Assembly: GCA_965225845.1 (NCBI GenBank) | Contig: CBDDBL010000001.1 | Span: 86,889 to 150,888 of the forward strand | Reading direction: 5' to 3' | Length of the DNA stretch: 64,000 nucleotides | Source of the DNA: Mucilaginibacter sp. | Lineage (GTDB): Bacteria; Bacteroidota; Bacteroidia; Sphingobacteriales; Sphingobacteriaceae | Shown here: positions 58,635-64,000 of the stretch, piece after piece | How the letters are laid out: the number at the start of each line of letters is the position of its first letter | Numbering within the stretch: position 1 is the stretch's first letter | The notes under the pieces: generated by a model | What the model saw: the letters and a program-made list of their open reading frames with translations, nothing else | Database searches by the model: none | What the model was told of the DNA's origin: nothing | Program-made: the position numbers and the translations under genes

Positions 58635-61600
58635 TTAAAACGCATACCATTTGTTCACGCCATCACTTACCAGGCGAATAACACCAAATATTGTGTCAGA
58701 AGTACTATTAACAACCTGGTAAGCCGGGTCATATATTCTGTCGGCTGCTGCTGACGTAATTATCGTAATGCCTGAATTTGGAGTGACTGTTTGCATAATT
58801 ATGACAACCTGCCCTGCCACGAATGAAGATGCGGCAGGCAATCCTACATAATATGTAGGGCCATCCTGACTGATTAAATATAAGCTTTTCGCATTTGTTG
58901 ATGGTATATAAAAACTTGATGAAGAAACAGGATTTATAGTCAATATAGGTGAGGGAGGAGCCCACGCAACGCTGGTGCCATTATAAGTAAGTGCATTACC
59001 GGTTGCAGCACCTGTTGTTGATATATCGCCCGTAGCTACTTTACTAAATGTCAGGTTCCCACCTCCGCTGCCATGCAATACACTGTTAGTGCCAGCACCC
59101 TGGCCAGCAAATTGCGCGGAGGTAAGGCTAAGCGTAGTATTTGTCGCCGAGGTGACACGGCCTTTGGCGTCTACCGTAAAAAGTGATGCTCCCCCCAAAA
59201 TACCATAACTACCAGCTGTAACCCCTGTTGTAGCAAGTGAAACAGCTCCTGTACTGGAAACACTGCTTACATCGCCTGATAAGCTTGTTGGCGCAGTTGG
59301 TATAGCCCCACCCGTACCTGTTATGTATACCTGGCCTGCAGTATTGGTTGTGCTTGCTGTTAGACCTGCTCCGGTAGCACCTGCATTTCCTGGTGAACCT
59401 ACCGCACCCGTATTTCCGGTTGAGCCCGGATTTCCTGCTATATTTAAATTCCACGAGGTATAGGTAGGATTTCCCGGGCCGTGATAGGTATCTATAGTAA
59501 GCGTAATGCTTGCACCGATTATGTTCGTGACAATACCTTCCACATAGTCACTAGGAGTTGTGGACGATGTGAATCGAATACGTGAACCGACTGTATATGC
59601 AAATGGGTATGTGGAGACCGTGAAAGTTTTTGAGCCATAACTTGTACTGTTTGCGGAAGCAGAAGTAAAAGGGCCGTAACCATTACCGGTTGTACCTGTT
59701 GCGCCGGTCACGCCAGTAGCACCGGTCACGCCAGTTGCACCGGTCACACCAGTAATACCTTGTGAACCCGTAACACCAGTTGCACCAATAGCGCCGGTTG
59801 CTCCGGTAGTGCCCGTAACGCCGGTTGCACCAACAGAACCTGTAACACCGGTTGCACCCTGTAGGCCCTGCGCACCTGTAACACCGGTTGCTCCCGTAGC
59901 ACCAACTACACCTGTATTACCAGTAATGCCTTGAATACCTTGTGAACCAGTAACCCCAGTTACACCTTGGATACCCTGTGCTCCGGTAGAACCCGTTACA
60001 CCCGTAGCACCAATATCACCCGTATTGCCGGTAATGCCCTGAATACCTTGTAAACCAGTAGCGCCTGTAACCCCGGTTACACCTTGGATACCCTGTGCGC
60101 CGGTAGAACCAGTTACCCCGGTAGACCCTGTTGCGCCAGTAACCCCGGTTACACCCTGGATACCCTGCGCTCCGGTAGAACCAGTTACCCCGGTAGACCC
60201 AGTTGCGCCTGTAATACCCTGGATACCCTGAATGCCGGTAGAACCAGTTACCCCGGTAGACCCTGTTGCGCCAGTTGCGCCTGTATTGCCAGTAACGCCT
60301 TGAATACCCTGTAAACCTGTAACCCCAGTTACACCCTGGATACCCTGAATGCCTTGAGCACCTGTATTTCCTGTTATGCCCTGAATTCCTTGAGCGCCTG
60401 TTACTCCGGTTACACCCTGAATGCCTTGAATACCCTGTGAACCTGTAACCCCAGTTACACCCTGGATACCCTGAATACCGGTAGAACCTGTATTTCCAGT
60501 TATGCCTTGAATTCCTTGAGCGCCTGTTACTCCGGTTACACCCTGAATGCCTTGAGCACCTGTATTTCCTGTTATGCCCTGAATGCCTTGAGCGCCCGTT
60601 ACTCCGGTTACACCTTGTATTCCCTGGATACCTTGTGAGCCTGTAACCCCGGTTACACCTTGGATACCCTCTGCTCCAGTAACCCCAGTTGTACCCTGAA
60701 TGCCCTGTGCTCCGGTAGAACCAGTCGCACCAGTTATACCTTGAGCGCCTGTCAATCCGGTTACACCCTGAATACCCTGTGAGCCTGTAACCCCGGTTAC
60801 ACCCTGAATACCCTCTGCTCCAGTAACCCCAGTTGTACCCTGAATGCCCTGTGCTCCGGTAGAACCAGTCGCACCAGTTATACCTTGAGCGCCTGTCAAT
60901 CCGGTTACACCCTGAATACCCTGTGAGCCTGTAACCCCGGTTACACCCTGAATACCCTGAATACCTTGTGCTCCCGTAACACCCGTTGCGCCCTGTATGC
61001 CTTGAATACCCTGCAAACCAGTATTGCCCGTCGCACCAACAGCACCTGCAGTACCGGTTACACCCTGTATTCCCTGGATACCTTGTGCACCCGTAACGCC
61101 TGTTGCACCCTGTATGCCTTGAATACCCTGCAAACCTGTTGCTCCTGTAACACCGGTTGCACCCTGTATGCCTTGAGCACCTGTAACACCTGTTACACCC
61201 TGTATGCCCTGCAATCCTGTAACACCCTGAACACCTTGAGCTCCTGTATTTCCTGTTATGCCCTGAATACCCTGTGCACCGGTGTTTCCCGTAATGCCCT
61301 GTATCCCTTGTGACCCCGTAACGCCTGTTGCACCCTGTACACCTTGAATACCCTGCAAACCTGTTACTCCTGTAACACCGGTTGCACCCTGTATGCCTTG
61401 AATACCTTGTGACCCCGTAACACCTGTTGCGCCGGTAGCTCCCGTAACACCAGTTGCACCTTGTAGGCCCTGCGCACCGGCCGGGCCTACAGGGCCTATT
61501 GCTCCGGGTGTTCCCGGAATTCCCTGTGCGCCATTGGTACCTGCTGGTCCCTGCGGGCCTGTAGCGCCTGTTGCCCCGGTAACTCCTTTGGATCCGCCCG

Positions 61601-61994
61601 GGTTAAACGAATAGATAGCATAGGGGACACTCAATAACTCTGATGCACCCAGCAGCACATAACCTGACCCCAGGTCAACCTCTGTTTGAATATATTTTTG
61701 GCCCGATGCCCAGTTGATGCCGGCATAACTCCCCTGGGTAACATTGCCGTTGCCCACACTAATGACAAACAGGCCGTAGGTATCCGTAGTTACCGTTTGT
61801 GTTTCCTGGTACTCAACCGTGCCTGTCGGCGAGCCTGTAAGAATGGACAGCCTGACATTAATCTGCTTATTGGTGAGCAAGGCTCCGTTTGAGCCACGCA
61901 CGATCGCCTGGTACTTAAAGGCCTGCGATTGCGCTAATGACTTTCCGCCACAGATGAAGATGAAGAGTATTACAAGAAGTAAAAGTTTTTTCAT
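58635..61994 (-). CDS. Exported collagen-like fibre protein (N-terminal YQA...SVPYA domain, 212 Gly-X-Y triplets, tail-fibre-like C-terminal modules)
   Basis: Signal peptide; residues 134-769 are uninterrupted Gly-X-Y; a second short GXY run follows; [12 protein letters not shown] motif. Confidence 0.93.
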   Translation of the reverse strand: MKKLLLLVILFIFICGGKSLAQSQAFKYQAIVRGSNGALLTNKQINVRLSILTGSPTGTVEYQETQTVTTDTYGLFVISVGNGNVTQGSYAGINWASGQKYIQTEVDLGSGYVLLGASELLSVPYAIYSFNPGGSKGVTGATGATGPQGPAGTNGAQGIPGTPGAIGPVGPAGAQGLQGATGVTGATGATGVTGSQGIQGIQGATGVTGVTGLQGIQGVQGATGVTGSQGIQGITGNTGAQGIQGITGNTGAQGVQGVTGLQGIQGVTGVTGAQGIQGATGVTGATGLQGIQGIQGATGVTGAQGIQGIQGVTGTAGAVGATGNTGLQGIQGIQGATGVTGAQGIQGIQGVTGVTGSQGIQGVTGLTGAQGITGATGSTGAQGIQGTTGVTGAEGIQGVTGVTGSQGIQGVTGLTGAQGITGATGSTGAQGIQGTTGVTGAEGIQGVTGVTGSQGIQGIQGVTGVTGAQGIQGITGNTGAQGIQGVTGVTGAQGIQGITGNTGSTGIQGIQGVTGVTGSQGIQGIQGVTGVTGAQGIQGITGNTGAQGIQGIQGVTGVTGLQGIQGVTGNTGATGATGSTGVTGSTGIQGIQGITGATGSTGVTGSTGAQGIQGVTGVTGATGSTGVTGSTGAQGIQGVTGVTGATGLQGIQGITGNTGDIGATGVTGSTGAQGIQGVTGVTGSQGIQGITGNTGVVGATGATGVTGAQGLQGATGVTGSVGATGVTGTTGATGAIGATGVTGSQGITGVTGATGVTGATGVTGATGTTGNGYGPFTSASANSTSYGSKTFTVSTYPFAYTVGSRIRFTSSTTPSDYVEGIVTNIIGASITLTIDTYHGPGNPTYTSWNLNIAGNPGSTGNTGAVGSPGNAGATGAGLTASTTNTAGQVYITGTGGAIPTAPTSLSGDVSSVSSTGAVSLATTGVTAGSYGILGGASLFTVDAKGRVTSATNTTLSLTSAQFAGQGAGTNSVLHGSGGGNLTFSKVATGDISTTGAATGNALTYNGTSVAWAPPSPILTINPVSSSSFYIPSTNAKSLYLISQDGPTYYVGLPAASSFVAGQVVIIMQTVTPNSGITIITSAAADRIYDPAYQVVNSTSDTIFGVIRLVSDGVNKWYAF
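59688..61595 (-). repeat. Collagen triple-helix repeat region (9-bp periodicity)
   Basis: 1908 bp = 636 codons = 212 triplets, dominated by GVT, GAT, GIQ, GAQ, GSQ, GST, GNT, GIT, GLQ. Confidence 0.97.
60664..60951. repeat. Perfect 144-bp tandem duplication inside the collagen region
   Basis: 60664-60807 and 60808-60951 are identical base for base (48 aa, 16 triplets). Confidence 0.95.
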
Positions 61995-62038
61995 ATATCC
62001 CTATATAATTGTGATAGTTCGTTCAGTTTTATGTTTTT

Positions 62039-62590
62039 TTAATATTTAACCAGTTTAACCTCGCCGTGGAAAAGGGTTGGGTTGACTACCTGTACAAAAT
62101 AAACACCGCCCGCGTAATGGGATATATTAATCGGGAAGTAATAATAATTTATAGCTTTATAATCTACGGTTTGCGATTGGAGGATCCTGCCCATGGCATC
62201 AAACACGTTGATCGTGTAAACTCCGTCGGGTACATGGTTAAAGGCAAGTTTAACTACCCCGCCATTGGCCGGGTTAGGAAAAATACTCAGTGATTTGGGC
62301 GAGTTTGCCAAAACCTGCGATACTTCAAGGTCGGGCTGCTCAAAGCCGGTGGTTAAATATAAGTGGGGGTTGATCTCTGTATTGGATAACAGGCCGCCTA
62401 TAGCTTCGCCCGCAACAAAACTTAACGTAACATCAGCATTTTTGTAGGTATCACCCGCTGAAGACACTACCGAACGGGTTATATATTGCGCATGAGAAGC
62501 ACGTACTGCAAATACAGTTACGCCAATCATTAGGAAATTGCGCGTTAAATTTTTCAACGCCATAAAGATAAACTTATTGCAATTATTCAT
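62039..62590 (-). CDS. Small T9SS type A sorting-domain protein
   Basis: Signal peptide (alternative start 62563); VVSSAG...LSFVAGE...TGFEQP core; C-terminal domain IFPNPANG...GVYTINVFDAMGRIL...GGVYFVQV...KLVKY. Confidence 0.9.
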   Translation of the reverse strand: MNNCNKFIFMALKNLTRNFLMIGVTVFAVRASHAQYITRSVVSSAGDTYKNADVTLSFVAGEAIGGLLSNTEINPHLYLTTGFEQPDLEVSQVLANSPKSLSIFPNPANGGVVKLAFNHVPDGVYTINVFDAMGRILQSQTVDYKAINYYYFPINISHYAGGVYFVQVVNPTLFHGEVKLVKY

Positions 62591-62633
62591 AGAAAATATT
62601 TCACAACCCTGGGCTATGGATATCTCTTAGAAT

Positions 62634-62658
62634 ACAACTATTGCTTTTTTTGCAGTTA
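62634..62658 (-). promoter_or_regulatory. TAAC-N16-GTTGT promoter-like motif before the T9SS/collagen operon
   Basis: TAAC 62658-55; GTTGT 62638-34; 43 nt to ATG 62590. Confidence 0.4.
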
Positions 62659-62864
62659 TAAACTTTGTACTGGCGGATGGGTGCCGCGTTTATTAGCAAA
62701 AAGCCCCAAACAGCGATTTTAAAGGACTTTTAAATTTATTTTTAATAACGATGCCCTTTGTTAAGGCTATGCCGGCACAGCATAACTTAATTTTTGACTT
62801 GTTGACGAACCTTGCCCGCTGAGAGAAATGAGAATAGGTTTTGAAGATTAAATTATCTTGTTTT

Positions 62865-64000
62865 TTATTTCAAATAGATGAGGCCTGCTATTGTAAAGTA
62901 GATGATCAACCCGGTAACATCTACAAGTGTGGCTACAAAAGGTGCAGATGAAGTTGCAGGGTCAAACTTTAATTTTTTTAATATGATTGGGATCATTGAG
63001 CCGCTTAACGTACCCCACATCACAATGCCTATCAATGAGAAAAAGATAGTGGTACCCATCAATAAATATCTTGCACCGTAATTATACCAATGCAGGTACT
63101 GCCAGGTAATAATCCTTAAAAAGCCTATAGCGCCTAAAATAATACCTAAAATCAGGCCTGAAAATAATTCGCGCCTCATTACGTACCACCAGTCTTTTAT
63201 AGTAAGTTCTCTTACGGCTAATGCACGTATAATTAAAGTTGCCGCCTGCGAGCCGCAGTTCCCCCCGCTTGATATGACCAGCGGCACAAATAACGCTAAT
63301 ACAACCGCTGTCGCTATCTCATCCTCAAAATGGCCCATTGCAGTGGCTGTCAGCATTTCGCTCAAGAATAAAATGATCAGCCAGCCGGCTCTTTTACGTA
63401 TCAATGAAAATAAAGGCGTCTTTACATAAGGGTATTCTAAAGATTCAACCCCGCCAAACTTCTGCATTTCTTTTGTACTTTTTTGTTCAGCAACATCAAT
63501 CAGATCATCAATAGTGACAATTCCCAGCAAAACGTTATCCGTATTGGTTACGGGTAATACAGTACGGTTGTATTGCTTAAATTTAGCTATAGCATCATCA
63601 ACGGAATTATCGATCACCAATTTGATATAATGATCATCCATTATTTCCCTTATTGTTTTGGAATTTTCATTAAGCACCAGTTTTCTTATCGGGATGTCAT
63701 CAATCAGCTTGCCCTCCCCGTCCGTTACATAAACTACGTCAGCAATGTCATTATCTTCATGATGCAAACGAAGGTATTCTGTTGCCTGTGCGATGGTCAT
63801 ATCTTTATTAATGGTACAAAAGGAAGTATTAATCAAACGGGCCACACTTTGCGCCGGATAACCCAGCATATCCTCTGTGTCTTTACGGTTCTTATCATCC
63901 AATAATTTTAATAGCGTGCTTCGCTGCAGACCGTTGATGGAAGAAAAAAAAGAATACCTATCGGTTGAATTTAAATTATTGAGGAGAAATGTTGCTTGAT
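62865..64000 (-). CDS. mgtE: Magnesium transporter MgtE; the 5' end lies outside the window
   Basis: The frame stays open to the window edge; CBS pair (VYVTD...; LPVTN...LLGIVTIDD), RAGWLIILF, FVPLVISSGGNCGSQ, DPATSSAPFVATLVDVTG. Confidence 0.96.
   Translation of the reverse strand, partial: QATFLLNNLNSTDRYSFFSSINGLQRSTLLKLLDDKNRKDTEDMLGYPAQSVARLINTSFCTINKDMTIAQATEYLRLHHEDNDIADVVYVTDGEGKLIDDIPIRKLVLNENSKTIREIMDDHYIKLVIDNSVDDAIAKFKQYNRTVLPVTNTDNVLLGIVTIDDLIDVAEQKSTKEMQKFGGVESLEYPYVKTPLFSLIRKRAGWLIILFLSEMLTATAMGHFEDEIATAVVLALFVPLVISSGGNCGSQAATLIIRALAVRELTIKDWWYVMRRELFSGLILGIILGAIGFLRIITWQYLHWYNYGARYLLMGTTIFFSLIGIVMWGTLSGSMIPIILKKLKFDPATSSAPFVATLVDVTGLIIYFTIAGLIYLK

Noticed and set aside
59688-61595. 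Highly repetitive 1.9-kb tract as a possible CRISPR array or non-coding satellite
   Set aside because: It has 9-bp codon periodicity with synonymous variation, lies inside one open frame encoding Gly-X-Y, and shows no repeat-spacer structure or cas genes.
1-64000. Prophage, IS element, integron, tRNA/rRNA or anti-phage defence island
   Set aside because: No integrase, transposase, terminase, capsid, cas, restriction-modification or toxin-antitoxin motifs were recognised, and no cloverleaf or rRNA sequence was seen.

Overview
A 64-kb chromosomal window from a Bacteroidota genome. The proteins, TAnnTTTG -7 promoter boxes and intergenic repeats point to Sphingobacteriaceae, most likely Mucilaginibacter (inference). 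Most of it is housekeeping: yceD-rpmF-plsX-fabH-accB-accC-tatC, rlmI, ahcY, pdxJ, gcvP, recJ-lptB, aroK, folP and a partial mgtE. Accessory modules are interspersed: a TolC/RND efflux operon, an ECF sigma/anti-sigma/DUF4097 module, an M23-bactofilin pair, an MBOAT/AlgX-like acylation pair, a GH9, and stress-type small genes (DUF1003, PRC-barrel, DUF4142, and two DUF3606 genes missed by the ORF track). I found no tRNA, rRNA, CRISPR array, transposase or integrase. The best candidates for new biology are four. (1) A two-gene operon at 58635-62590 in which a small T9SS-sorted protein precedes a signal-peptide protein with 212 uninterrupted, nearly Pro-free and charge-free Gly-X-(Thr/Gln) triplets and phage-tail-fibre-like C-terminal modules but no T9SS sorting domain; it lies next to a DUF2723/TMEM260-like GT-C glycosyltransferase. 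(2) A recurring AAC-N16/17-GTTG(T) promoter-like motif before stress-type genes and that operon, including one symmetric bidirectional copy. (3) A diverged paralogue of the primary sigma-70 inside the stress-gene cluster. (4) A tandem DUF1599 gene divergent from folP. I also found a triple-lesion ABM monooxygenase pseudogene and several families of intergenic inverted or short tandem repeats. All family assignments come from motif recognition by eye; no database search was run.
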